Notes under the pieces: generated by a model
What the model saw: the letters and a program-made list of their open reading frames with translations, nothing else
Database searches by the model: none
Told to the model about the DNA's origin: nothing
Source: Octopus bimaculoides
Taxonomy: Eukaryota
Assembly: GCF_001194135.2 (NCBI RefSeq)
Contig: NC_068985.1
Location: forward strand, 20,920,835-20,984,834
DNA length: 64,000 nt
Direction of reading: 5' to 3'
In this document: piece after piece, positions 1 through 11,580 of the stretch
Position numbering within the stretch: position 1 is the first letter of the stretch
How the letters are laid out: each line of letters starts with the position of its first letter
Translations under genes and position numbers: made by a program

Positions 1-9
1 ATACATATC

Positions 10-57
<48 letters not shown>

Positions 58-80
58 GATATGTATACACACACGCGCAT

Positions 81-113
<33 letters not shown>
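1..113. repeat. Compound (CA)n/(TA)n/(TG)n microsatellite
   Basis: Directly visible dinucleotide runs. Confidence 0.95.
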
Positions 114-115
<2 letters not shown>

Positions 116-979
116 AATGTAAGTATATGTAAATTGTATCCGTCTACCTTCAAAAGAAGAGCCGTTTACTAAATTATGCACTGTACTTCAAACATAAAAT
201 TAGCATTTTTACAATGAACTAGAAATCATTTACATTTACATTTTATATTACATAAAATTTACATTTTATATTTCATAATTAATGTATATAACTTCAGTTC
301 AGGCAGGCACTGCCTTACCTACCTAGACAGCACGTTTCTGCTCTTGAGGCACTGAACTCAAAAATAGATATAAAGATTTAAGTAAAAAACAAAAATTTAA
401 TACAGTACTTCTGAATCTTAAGCATTTCTCATAAACAACAGTATTTTTATTTTACAGTGTTAACAAAAAAGCAACAATGTGTTTTTAGAGTGTTGATGCA
501 ACAGATGTCTTGTATTTTAGGATCCAAATTAAGTAGGTGTGAATATTTTAGTATGTCAAACATGAAAGTAGTTTTTTTTTTTTTACAGAGTTCACAACTT
601 GACTGGTTTAAATATAGCTAGAATGGATGTGTGTGTGTTTAGTTAGTAACTGAGCTTAACCTTTTAGCATTCAGATTACTCTGTCAATTGTAATGTTTAT
701 TCATTTACATTGTTTTGAATTCCTCATGCATTATCTCGCAGCTTTAAAATTTTGATTATGTGATATTTTTTCGAATGACATCATAGGGTAGGTGTAAGAG
801 GCTGGATCTGGCTGGTTTGAACATAAAATAGGTAGAATATTTGGGCCAGACATGGCTGGTTTAACTGGTAAAGTGTTAATAGCCAGTCATTACTTGATAT
901 TACTGATAGTATTATGATTTTCCTTTTTCAAAGCTGCTATTTTCCAAGTACTTTTTGCATTTATTTATTGTTTTTTAAA

Positions 980-1135
980 GGCACAAGTGTGGCTGTGTGG
1001 TTGAGAAGTTTGCTACTCAACCATGTGGTCTCAGTTCCACTGCACAGCACCTTCAGCAAGTGTCTTTTATTATAGAACCTCAGGCTGACCAAAGCCTTTA
1101 TGCATGGATTTGGTAGACAAAAACTAGAAGCCAAC
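980..1135 (+). mobile_element. tRNA-headed SINE family A, 5' part, degenerate
   Basis: Head GGCACAAGTGTGGCTGTGTGG followed by CAAGTGTCTT and ACCAAAGCC..GGATTTGGTAGAC, matching better-preserved copies at 19928 and 29697. Confidence 0.8.
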
Positions 1136-1174
1136 CATACACAAACACACACACACATGCTTTATATCTTTTAT

Positions 1175-1552
1175 CTTTTACTTATTTCAGTCATTAGACC
1201 ACAGCCATACCAGAGTGTCACCTTGAAAAAGTATTTTAGTTGAATGATTTGACCCCAATACTTATAATTTTTTAGGCCTGGTAGTTATTCTATCATTCTT
1301 TTTTGTCAGCCTGCTAGTTACCAGAATTTAAACACACCAGGACAAGCACAGATTCAAAGCGCACACACACATGTAGATAAATATATATATATATGAGGTG
1401 GGTTTCTTTCAGTTCTGTCTACAATATACACTTACAAGGCTTTGGTTGGCCCAAAGCTGTAGTAGAAGACATATACCCATGGTGTCATGCAATGAGATTG
1501 AACCCGGAACCATGTAGTTGTGAAGCAAGCTTATTCTATACAACCATGCTTA
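1175..1552 (-). mobile_element. SINE family A, near full length, degenerate
   Basis: Reverse complement of the 29697-30125 copy (TTTCAGTCATTAGA...TTTCTTTCAGTT...CAAGGCTTTGGTTGG...GAACCATGT). Confidence 0.8.
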
Positions 1553-1635
1553 CAACTATATATGTACACATATGTATATGTATGTACTCTCGTCTTGACA
1601 CCACACAAATCATATAATGATTGTAAATGAGTATC

Positions 1636-1840
1636 ACCATCATATAAGTGATGATCATTCTAGTCTTCTGTGAAAAACATTTCTGGTCATGGGGGGAAAT
1701 ATTACCTTGCTTGGAGACAGGTGAGGGTTGGTGACAGGAAAGGCATCTGGCCAAAGATAGTCTACTTCAACAAATTCCCTCCCTCCCATGTAAGCATGGA
1801 AAAGTAGACATTAAAATGAAGATGTTGATGAAAATGATGG
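1636..1840 (+). mobile_element. SINE 3' segment ending in a (GAT)n tail
   Basis: GGAAATATTACCTTGCTTGG..TGACAGGAAAGGCATC..AGCATGGAAAAGTAGACATTAAAATGA; similar segments at 28620-28855 and 44700-44930. Confidence 0.7.
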
Positions 1841-1887
1841 TGATGTTATTTATTCTGTTCCTTTTATTCATTTCCTTTTAATTTCAG

Positions 1888-1957
1888 TCAAAGAAAGGCA
1901 GTTTAATCAAGAGAAAGGATTCTAAAGAGGTTCCAGACACTGAAGGTCCTGAAGAGA
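1888..1957 (+). CDS. Internal coding exon of an unidentified host gene (SKKGSLIKRKDSKEVPDTEGPEE, phase 0 to 1)
   Basis: Pyrimidine tract plus TTTCAG acceptor, GTAAGT donor at 1958, 70 nt; only one of the three frames is open. Confidence 0.8.
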
Positions 1958-2398
1958 GTAAGTGAAACATTTAACATGTCATTGAGTTTTGAGCTGGTGT
2001 GTTTGTAAAATTCACATATCTATCATTTTAACTGACTTAAACTTTCTGATTAAATCAGTATATGAAATAGAAAAAAAAGAATTTTTTAAACCCAATACAG
2101 TATACTAATATTTAGATGTGACTAAATTTTAACTTAAACTTAAAATGCAAAGTTAAAAAGGAACAACAATTTCACATACTATGTGTTGCTATAGGCATAC
2201 TATTTCTTGCTAATAGTTTCCTGAACTTTCTTCACTCCCACTGTCGGAAAACTAATCTCAAAATGCTGAAATGAAGATAATAAAGAGCCGTGATGATTGG
2301 CAACATGTGATGTTGAAAAAGACCTGCCACCCATGCAGGCACTGTGAAATGATCATTTAAATGTCGCTAATGATTCTGAGTAGAATGTGAACATGTGT

Positions 2399-2403
2399 GT
2401 CTA

Positions 2404-2480
<77 letters not shown>
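2399..2480. repeat. (TA)n microsatellite
   Basis: Long perfect TA run. Confidence 0.95.
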
Positions 2481-2486
<6 letters not shown>

Positions 2487-2611
2487 AGCAGAGTTAGCGG
2501 TTGGAATAACCGTCTAAGGGATAAGAATATCCATTCTTGTTACCAGTATCATTTACCTATGTTAACCCGGGTAATAACAATAAACAAAAGTTTATCAGCA
2601 ATCAAATTTAA

Positions 2612-2774
2612 ATAAGCAGAAATTGGAGAAAACCTTTGATCAACAAACAAACAAAGTGACCAACATTGGTTAATTATTTTTTAATACAAAACATAAAATA
2701 ACATAACATAAAAATAATTAACCGATATTGGTCAGTTTGTTTGTTTGTTGATCAAAAGTTTTCTCCATTTTCTG

Positions 2775-2779
<5 letters not shown>
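2612..2779. repeat. Fold-back inverted repeat (69-bp arms, 30-nt spacer)
   Basis: 2612-2680 is the reverse complement of 2711-2779 with 5 mismatches by eye. Confidence 0.9.
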
Positions 2780-2797
<18 letters not shown>

Positions 2798-2811
<14 letters not shown>

Positions 2812-2956
2812 GAGAATGAGATAACAAAGCCAAGGCTGTGAGGAGTTATCAGGACATTTATAAGGAAATAGTCTTACAGCTGTTTCTGGGATATTATGGA
2901 TAATATAACTCTTCACAGCCTTGGCTTTGTTATCTCATTCTCTCTAATATATATAT
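2798..2956. repeat. Fold-back inverted repeat (52-bp arms, 55-nt spacer)
   Basis: 2798-2849 is the reverse complement of 2905-2956 with one mismatch (G2842/T2912). Confidence 0.92.
2871..2920 (-). ncRNA. Degenerate minimal type I hammerhead-like motif (PLE-type)
   Basis: Minus strand reads GGCT-GTGAAGA-GTTATATTATCCATAATATCCCA-GAAA-C-AGCT-G-TA-AGAC. GAAA, the palindromic stem III ACAGCTGT and the GUA site are intact; the CUGANGA box has C3 changed to G. Confidence 0.5.
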
Positions 2957-3837
2957 TCATGCTAATACAAGACTCACATTAGACTCCTCACTCATATCAC
3001 TATTAAACTAAGGGTTTAACTACAGTCTGTCCATAGCACTTACTAAGCATTATCTGACACTCTTTGGGTCTTCTAGATACCAGTACCTCTCACAACCTCG
3101 CTATGTATATATTATAAAAGATAGGCTCTGATTTCCTGCACACAGAGTTACTTGTTTCCAATCACCAGCAGGTAAATTGAACCTAGTTTTCTTTTAAAAT
3201 ATCCAGTCTAAATTTCTTTTGAAATATGAAATGAAGGTTTGAAGAAAGTACTAATCCTTATGTTCTTTTGTTTAAAAAATCTTTTTTGAACAACTTGTGC
3301 AAAAGCAGCTGCTTCAAGTTCATACTTTTGATTTCATTTCTGGTTCTCATGGTAATGTTATAAAGGTCTATATAATGTCATGATAATGTTATAAAGGTCT
3401 TAAACTACATACAAGCAAAGACATGAAAATTTTGTTGCTGTTTTAGCAATGTTCCATATATGCAGACATATATAATACAAACACAGATAGATAGATAGAT
3501 AGATAAATAGATAGTTAGATAGATAAACAAACAGGCATATATTTACAGATATATTTATATACACACATACACATACATATATAAGGACTAAATCATAATT
3601 TTCAATATTAATTTTAGTTCTCTGTTGACACAAAATATTTTGTTGATGTTTAAACTCAGCTCTATTTCTTTTTTTTTGTTGGAGATTAGAATATATTAAG
3701 GATTTAAATAATGACATGCCTGAGAATTAAATTTCTTGATTACATTAAAAAAAATTCATTTATAAAATTAAAAATAGTATTTCTTCTGGAGATGTTGCTT
3801 ACTTATATAATCCAAGTTATAAACATTGTGATGATGG

Positions 3838-3885
<48 letters not shown>

Positions 3886-4767
3886 NNNNNNNNNNNNNNN
3901 NNNNNNNNNNNNNNNNNNNNNNNNNNNNNNNNNNNNNNNNNNNNNNNNNNNNNNNNNNNNNNNNNNNNNNNNNNNNNNNNNNNNNNNNNNNNNNNNNNNN
4001 NNNNNNNNNNNNNNNNNNNNNNNNNNNNNNNNNNNNNNNNNNNNNNNNNNNNNNNNNNNNNNNNNNNNNNNNNNNNNNNNNNNNNNNNNNNNNNNNNNNN
4101 NNNNNNNNNNNNNNNNNNNNNNNNNNNNNNNNNNNNNNNNNNNNNNNNNNNNNNNNNNNNNNNNNNNNNNNNNNNNNNNNNNNNNNNNNNNNNNNNNNNN
4201 NNNNNNNNNNNNNNNNNNNNNNNNNNNNNNNNNNNNNNNNNNNNNNNNNNNNNNNNNNNNNNNNNNNNNNNNNNNNNNNNNNNNNNNNNNNNNNNNNNNN
4301 NNNNNNNNNNNNNNNNNNNNNNNNNNNNNNNNNNNNNNNNNNNNNNNNNNNNNNNNNNNNNNNNNNNNNNNNNNNNNNNNNNNNNNNNNNNNNNNNNNNN
4401 NNNNNNNNNNNNNNNNNNNNNNNNNNNNNNNNNNNNNNNNNNNNNNNNNNNNNNNNNNNNNNNNNNNNNNNNNNNNNNNNNNNNNNNNNNNNNNNNNNNN
4501 NNNNNNNNNNNNNNNNNNNNNNNNNNNNNNNNNNNNNNNNNNNNNNNNNNNNNNNNNNNNNNNNNNNNNNNNNNNNNNNNNNNNNNNNNNNNNNNNNNNN
4601 NNNNNNNNNNNNNNNNNNNNNNNNNNNNNNNNNNNNNNNNNNNNNNNNNNNNNNNNNNNNNNNNNNNNNNNNNNNNNNNNNNNNNNNNNNNNNNNNNNNN
4701 NNNNNNNNNNNNNNNNNNNNNNNNNNNNNNNNNNNNNNNNNNNNNNNNNNNNNNNNNNNNNNNNNNN
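3886..4767. other. Assembly gap
   Basis: N run after (TA)n. Other gaps: 20422-20737, 34810-35332, 51175-51184, 55302-55495, 58870-58879, 60553-60950. Confidence 1.
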
Positions 4768-4768
4768 G

Positions 4769-5000
4769 ACATAATAACAGAACATCCAATGTGTAACAAG
4801 GTAAAATCCATATTTCACCATCTTGAATGGTCAATCTTATCTAGAACCCCCCAATTTAAGGCTAATATTAGCAAGTGCTTATTATGCATTAGGGAATCCC
4901 TTTCCATTCTTAGGTCTTTTGGGTCGAAAACCTTGAATAAGTTTATCGAGGTAATCCCTTTTTGCAATCATAAATTTTCCTCCACCTTCCTAAAACTATA
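4769..5000 (+). mobile_element. Penelope-like element 3' end, C-terminal part of the GIY-YIG endonuclease region
   Basis: ORF 4789-5115 contains LEWSILSRTPQFKANISKCLLCIRESLSIL..TLNKFIEVIPFCNH. This matches the W-x-IL..CxLC..E..IL..LNK..E....CxH pattern of PLE endonuclease C-termini. Confidence 0.65.
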
Positions 5001-5465
5001 TAAAAATAAAAATAAGAACAAAAATAATAGTATTAGTAGTGGTAATAATGGTAGTAATGGTGATAATAATAGTAATGATAAAAATAAAAATAAAAAGACA
5101 AAAATATTGCTATAAAAATAATAATAAAAATATGGATACAATGGTAGTATTTATTTTTTATCATGGCTTACGTTGGATTTGAAACCTAGTAGTTTTATTT
5201 AGTTACCAAACCTGCCTGACTATTCTAAAGGGTATACTAAAAATTAGAATTAAAATATTTTTAATCAACTTTTTAGTCGCAGTTTATTTATTTATGTTAT
5301 TCTATTATATTTTTAATCGATTTTATACTTATGTATAAAAATTTTGACTTCCCTTTGCTAATTTTGTTTTGTGGTTTATGCTGTACTTCTTATATGTGGT
5401 CATTGGTGGGCTGTGGCTTTTTGAGCCGATAACCTAACAGTTTTATTCTGCAATTAACTTTATAT

Positions 5466-5506
<41 letters not shown>

Positions 5507-5767
5507 ACTGGCTGAAACTGCTGAGAAAATCTGGAACTTGACCAAAGATAGAAAACTCTGAATGACCCATCCTTGTTTCTTTCTGTCCTTTTTTGTATTG
5601 TCTAACTGTCCAGATGTTTTGTTGTTGTCTGTTACATTCTTCTTTTTTTTGTTCCCTTTTCTATATATTATGTATGTATATATAAATGGATGTGAAACCA
5701 TTGGTCACTCTATGATCAGAAATATATTTAATTGCATATGAATACATTACTGCTTTATCCTCTAGAG

Positions 5768-6039
5768 CAGGGGTTTTCAAACTGTGGTCTGCGGACCACA
5801 GGGGGTCCGTGGACAGCAAATACTTTTTATGGGCAATTTGATTTTATATATATTTTTTAATCAAAATCTTTTAATTGACAAACCTATTTGTTAAATACTG
5901 TTAAATAAATAAATGTAAAAATATATGTTATTTTAAGCAAATATTTATGTATAAATTTCATAAGCATTTATAAGGGGGTCCCTAAGGTAAAGCCTGAAAT
6001 ATAAAGGGGTCCGCAAATCAAAAAGTTTGAAAACCCCTG
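5768..6039. mobile_element. hAT (Charlie-like) MITE
   Basis: TIRs CAGGGGTTTTCAAACT / AGTTTGAAAACCCCTG; exact 8-bp TSD CTCTAGAG at 5760-5767 and 6040-6047. Confidence 0.92.
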
Positions 6040-6121
6040 CTCTAGAGTGTGGTTCTTTTTGGGATATATGCTCCATTGATGACATACACACACACACACA
6101 CACACATGCATATATATATAT

Positions 6122-6386
6122 TTGGTTGACTTCCATGCCGGCGGCACGTAAAAAGCTCCAACCAATCGTGGCCGTAGCCAGACCCCTCCGGCCCCTGTGC
6201 CGGTGGCACGTAAAAAGCACCCACTACACTCACAGAGTGGTTGGCGTTAGGAAGGGCATCCAGCTGTAGAAACACTGCCAGATCAGACTGGAGCCTAGTG
6301 CAGCCTCCTGGCTTCCCAGACCCTGGCTGAACAATCCAACCCATGCTAGCATGGAAAACCGACGTTAAACGATGATGATGATGATG
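6122..6386 (+). mobile_element. SINE family C, 3' part with (GAT)n tail
   Basis: GCCGGTGGCACGTAAAAAGCACC..GTTGGCGTTAGGAAGGGCATCCAGCTGTAG..AGCATGGAAAACCGACGTTAAACGATGATG; same as 50770-51315. Confidence 0.85.
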
Positions 6387-6389
6387 GAC

Positions 6390-6535
6390 TTCTTTCGATT
6401 TCTGTCTACAAAATCTACTCACCAAGCTTTGGTTGGCCCAGGGCTATGGTAGAAGACACTTACCTGAGGTGCCACACAGTGGGACTGAACTGAAACTGTA
6501 ATCTTGAGAAGCAAACTTCTTACCACACAGCCACT
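6390..6535 (-). mobile_element. SINE family A, 5' part
   Basis: GTCTACAAAATCTACTCACCAAGCTTTGGTTGG..GAAGACACTT..GGTGCCACACAGTGGGACTGAAC. Confidence 0.8.
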
Positions 6536-7382
6536 AAGTATTTTCACTAATTATGATATATAGATGACTATTTTAAAAGAATTATATTTGGCTATGGTCT
6601 GGGAAATGTTCTGTTGTTGTAAACTAAATGTGAATATCTGTTAGTTATACATATTAATCATTCTCTTGCAAGTTCACTAGTCACCGATATGTTTCTGATA
6701 TAATACTAACCAAATGAATAGTAGGCAGGTTGCAGGAACTGGGTCTGAGATTATTTATAAAGTTGAACAGTCTTGATTACCTTGGGATTGTCAGTCCCAA
6801 TGTAATATTGCAAGTTGGATGTAGTAATAATAACATCAGAGGTGGTAGTTTTGACAGCACCACTGACAACAATGATTACAGCGATGACATTAAATTAAAG
6901 AGAGAACTGATGGAATAATAAGTTGGGTAAATTTAGTTTTAATATTATTCTTATTTCTGAGAAAAAGAAAGCTGTCAGCTGTCTGAAAATGTATTAAATT
7001 AAATAAATTGAACATTTTAGCCTTTAGATTAAATTCCATTTTACTGCCTCACTTCAATATATACTAGTTACCTAGTAATTTAATTCATTGCAACAGTTTA
7101 CATCATCAGGTGTGAAGTGTCAGCACATTATTTTATGCTGTCTTTAGTTTGAACAGTTTACTTTTTATGAAGATGCATGCTTGTTATGCTTATATTTATA
7201 GAAGAAAACTGTTTTAAACTTCAAAAATGATATCGTGCCTGATATTAATCAGAGGAAAAGGAAAATAATTCATTTTACTTTGTTTAAATTTAATTTTTTT
7301 TTTTATTATTGTTCACAATTTCAGAGTTAACTTATTAATAACTTACACAAAAAGACTAATAATAATAATAATAATAATATCT

Positions 7383-7493
7383 AAGTTTCTATGGTCATTG
7401 CAAATAGCACAAGTTAGTTCCAGTAACGAGTTGGTATCAATTTACTGAAGTTTCTATGGTCTTTGCAAATAGTGCACATTGGTGTTCCAGTAA
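7383..7493. repeat. Diverged direct repeat (about 45 bp, period 65)
   Basis: AAGTTTCTATGGTCATTGCAAATAG..TTCCAGTAA occurs at 7383 and 7448. Confidence 0.75.
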
Positions 7494-7729
7494 GTTACCA
7501 ATGAATTTATCAGCAAAATTCATTTTAAAGATACTTATTTGTAATGTGGATGATTTGTCATTAGTTTATAGTGAAACAAAACCAGAGCATGATATAATCT
7601 TTTAAACAAAAGTTACTACAAGTATATTCTAACTTTAACTTATCTCATTTGGAATAGAGAATTACTTCTTCATCCAGATCTCCTTTGGCCTCTTGAATAA
7701 TCATCTATATTTCAAAATAATGAAAAATA

Positions 7730-7900
7730 ATCCTTTCTACTATAGACACAATGTCTGAAATTTGTGGGAGGGAGTTAGTCAATTGCATCAACCCAGTACT
7801 CAACTAGTACTTATTTTATTGACTCCAAAAGGATGAAAGGTAAAGTTGACCACAGCAGAATTTGAGCTCAAATTCTTAAAGACAGATGAAATGCCACCAA
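7730..7900 (-). mobile_element. SINE family B, degenerate
   Basis: CCCAGTACTCAACTAGTACTTATTTT..AAAGGATGAAGGTAAAGTTGACC..AATTTGAGCTC. Confidence 0.75.
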
Positions 7901-7914
7901 TCATTTCACCTGGT

Positions 7915-8190
7915 GATACTGCCAATGCTCAGTGGATCACTTCCAACTCTTCAAAACTTTAGCTGTTTGTCAGAACAAATTTTCTTACATCTATAAAATA
8001 TATCAATGCTATTAAAAGCAAGCAGCTGTAGCCACTATCAATAATGGTGTGCCTTTTACTATTAAAACAGATGTTACTGGTGAAACTATTGCCATTACAT
8101 TATTAAAGGCAGTAGATCTGTAACATCCTTTTCAAGGTCCTTCAGTAATTTTGAAAAACTCTCACCTCACTGTTTGCGAAAGCTGTGACA
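7915..8190 (+). mobile_element. Gypsy-type RT connection/RNase H relic
   Basis: With stops and a frameshift it reads AQWI..SSKL..AVATINNGVPFTIKTDVTGETIAITL, resembling the PFxVETDAS..AIAAxL motif. Confidence 0.45.
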
Positions 8191-9879
8191 AAATAGATAT
8201 ATTTTTTCCACTAAACATTTTAAAAAGGTTCATTTCAGTCTTTTTTTTTTTTTGACAATAAAAAAAAATCATCGAAAATATTTTTTAAATCTTATAAAAC
8301 CCAATGCTTGAGAATCTACCTTCCACTCTTTTTCATATTATATAAGCTCTGAGAATCAGCTTAACAATTGTCATACTTGTGCTATTACTTTTACTACTCT
8401 AAATTTAGAATTACGACAAAATTGTTCAGTGCTTTTAGGAAGAATGTTTCATTTTATAAAAGTAACAACTTATTGTTTACTGCAAAAAAAAAAAAAAGTA
8501 CAGTGAGTCTGCACTAGTAGCAATAAATGGATAAAACTATACTTAACTTTTATCATCCAAAAGATACTTCTCTTATAAAACCTACTTTTCTATTTGAACA
8601 CTTATAAATAAAATAGTCTTTAAACAACTTTTTCTGCATACCTCAAAAGTAAGCATTATAATTGACAAATCTTCTCATTTTCCATTAATTCGTCCATACT
8701 GTGGTACATGTGCTTCATGTATTAGAAAGTTGTCCTCTTTTCTCTATTCCTAGAATGCCATTGTTTCTGCATTCACATGTAGGGTAAAGACTTTTCATGT
8801 GTACTGAGTTGGAAAAGTCCAACTTATTAAGAGTCATTGCCAGTTTAGACAGGTCAGAGGGCCAAATCATATTTGTACATTCCATTTTCTATGTGGTTTC
8901 TATAGGTGGATGCCTTTCCTAGTACTTCACCTAAGAGTTTGTAAATGGTGCATTTTATAGTAGCACCAGTACTTGGGGTGGGGATACATACTCTAAAATA
9001 AAGAAGAGTTGTCTCAGCCATATGTTGTGTCATTTGCCCACCACATTACAGAGTGTACTGGATGTATTTTATCATACCACCATTATTAGTGGATTGCCTT
9101 GCCCCCCTTCAACACTAGAGGTCACTCATCTCTATATTATCATTGTTCTTTCAAAATAAACATGACCAATGAAATGAATAGGAAAGTGAAACCAAGAGGA
9201 TGACAAGAAAGAGAGTATGAGTGTGATGGGGAAAAGAGTTGTAAGGAAGCAGCTGCAGAAGAGAGGTAGTGAGAGCTACATACTGGTTATTGGTAAGGAA
9301 ACTGAATAAGGAACAGCATGAGTAGTATTTTGGGGTAGCATTGAAAATGGGTGATGGTAAAGGAGAGTAAGTGATGACTGGATAGCAATGAAAATGCAAG
9401 ATTGTGGGACAGAAAATTGTAGATGTTAACAGATAGTAAGTGAAAGTGGTAGAGGAGAGGTAAAGTAATAAAGAGTGATGGTAAAAGAATTTGACCACAA
9501 GTAGATTACCTGCCCTTCCTTGTTACACAGATGACATTTGGAAATTGAAAAATGAAATGCCTAATGCTGATATTTTCAGATAAAAGGAGTAAAGGTTTGA
9601 TATGTTAACATACTAGATAGATGATGATAAAGAATGCATAGTGAATGTATACATTCATGAGTAATAGCAATTAATTAAATGGGGAGGACAATGCTATGAT
9701 AGAAGCTGTTTATCTATAGAAACAATTATGTCTGTTGCATCACCTTCTGCCACCATACTATCTGTGGTTGTTAATAATATATAAGCATCTTTTAAATTGA
9801 GTGGAGGATTATGTATGATACTTACTTTATTACACCATTTCAACAGTGTCAATAAGATAGAAACTGTGCAAAAGCTTAT

Positions 9880-10082
9880 CATGTATGCATGTACATACAT
9901 ATGTGCATATGTATGTACATGCATACAAACATACATATATGCATGCACACACACATACGCACATACATACATACATACATACGTACATATATGAGCATGT
10001 CTAGATATGCAACTATGTGCATGAGAATACATACATAAAGCAAAACATACAAACCGATACATATACATACATGCATACATAT
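9880..10082. repeat. Imperfect (TACA/TGCA/CATA)n purine-pyrimidine alternating tract
   Basis: Directly visible; accounts for the overlapping YIHT/MYVC ORFs. Confidence 0.9.
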
Positions 10083-11339
10083 ATTATATTATTCACCTGT
10101 TATCAAGTCTGGCAAGACCCCTTGTTATTATATTGAAAGTATTTCAGGTATTTATATGCAATATTTAGTAATTATGTTGCTATCTCACATCACTGCTTCT
10201 CTTTTCTCAATGAAGCTTAACGAACTCTTTCCTGTTCATTCACTTTCTGATTCATTTATTTATTATCATTTCTAAGTTACTATATCAATCTTTCTCTCAG
10301 CTTCAGGAATTCTTCAGAAAAACAAAGAAGCTCAAATTCCTTAATTAGATGGAAAGTATCATTCTGTCCAGTGTCCTTTTTTTTTTAAGGGGTGGGTGTA
10401 CTCCACAAAAGAAACAAACAGAATCTGCCTTGAATTATATAATTGTATTTTGTAGCTGAATACTCTGTTGCTGTACATAGCTTTTGTATCTTTAATTTTA
10501 TTAAAGAGTTTAGATTCATTATATTTTGAGATTTTAGTGTCTGCAGTAAATATCAAAAAAATCATTATAGGTTATATATTATGCTGCAACAGAGATGCAT
10601 ATATTGAAAAACTTTCAGCTAGTATTTGTGTATCAGATATGTGAGTTTGAGTAATGCTTTAAAATGGCTCCCAGTGTAGCAACAATCAGAGTTACTAATC
10701 CTAAAGTACATTAATGAATATTTAATCAAACTGCAAGTGTTATATAAGCAAAGTGGTCTATCTGATATAATCAAGCCTTTAGTGATAGTGGGTTTTTATA
10801 AGCAATGTTTTTGTGGACAGCAAAACAGACACCCAGTCACTGATAAAATATTAACACAAGATTAAAGCTAGTCTGGCTGATATTTCTGTTGTGGTTGATA
10901 AAGATATTGTATACAAGGACATGTTGTGTATATCTGTCTATATTACATACAGGGTTGACTAAAACCTTTAGATATATTCTATAAATATATTTTATACATA
11001 GTATAGAATTAAACTATATCAGTCTCTCACCAGATACGTTTATTAACATATGTAAATTTGTTTTCCTTTGTAAACCAGTTATGATTCCTGGGTGAAGTCT
11101 CTTTTTTTTTTTTACACAATTAGTATCATTGGAATAGGCAAAAACAATATATCATACATTCTAATTCCTGTAAAATGTCTTGCATACTTCAGCTACTTCC
11201 AGCCACCCACCCTTATATAATGCATGGTAGCCATGTATCTCCTCTATTGCAAGACACCAGTTCTTATCCCTCTATCATACCTTAGCTTCTCAACACCTAG
11301 CATAAAAGCCACCTTCTTCTCTATTGCATCCAAGCTCAT

Positions 11340-11580
11340 TTGAAGGGGATTTTCTTTGCTTTGTGAGTTATCTGACCTCACTAGTGCTGGTACTTTGGAA
11401 AAAAACGCCAAATGCACTCTGTAAAGTGGTTAGTGTTAGGAAGAGTATCTAGCTGTAAAAATCACAACAAAGCAGACAGTGAAGCTCAAACATACTTCTC
11501 CAGTTTATTGGATCCTGTCAAACCATCCATCCCAGCATGGAAGACAGATGCTAAGTGATAATGACTGATGATGATATAAA
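11340..11580 (+). mobile_element. SINE family C-type 3' segment
   Basis: CTCTGTAAAGTGGTTAGTGTTAGGAAGAGTATCTAGCTGTA..CCAGCATGGAAGACAGATGCTAAGTGATAATG. Similar segments at 22150-22380 (+), 8830-9100 (-), 13822-14010 (-), 14170-14300 (-), 23720-23960 (-), 54570-54870 (-). Confidence 0.7.

Noticed and set aside
3711-4834. Long ORFs (up to 361 aa) spanning N-runs here and at 20 kb, 35 kb, 55 kb and 60.5 kb
   Set aside because: They are open only because N codons are not read as stops.
9694-10080. ORFs rich in YI, HT, CV and MY repeats throughout the track
   Set aside because: Translations of dinucleotide and tetranucleotide microsatellites.
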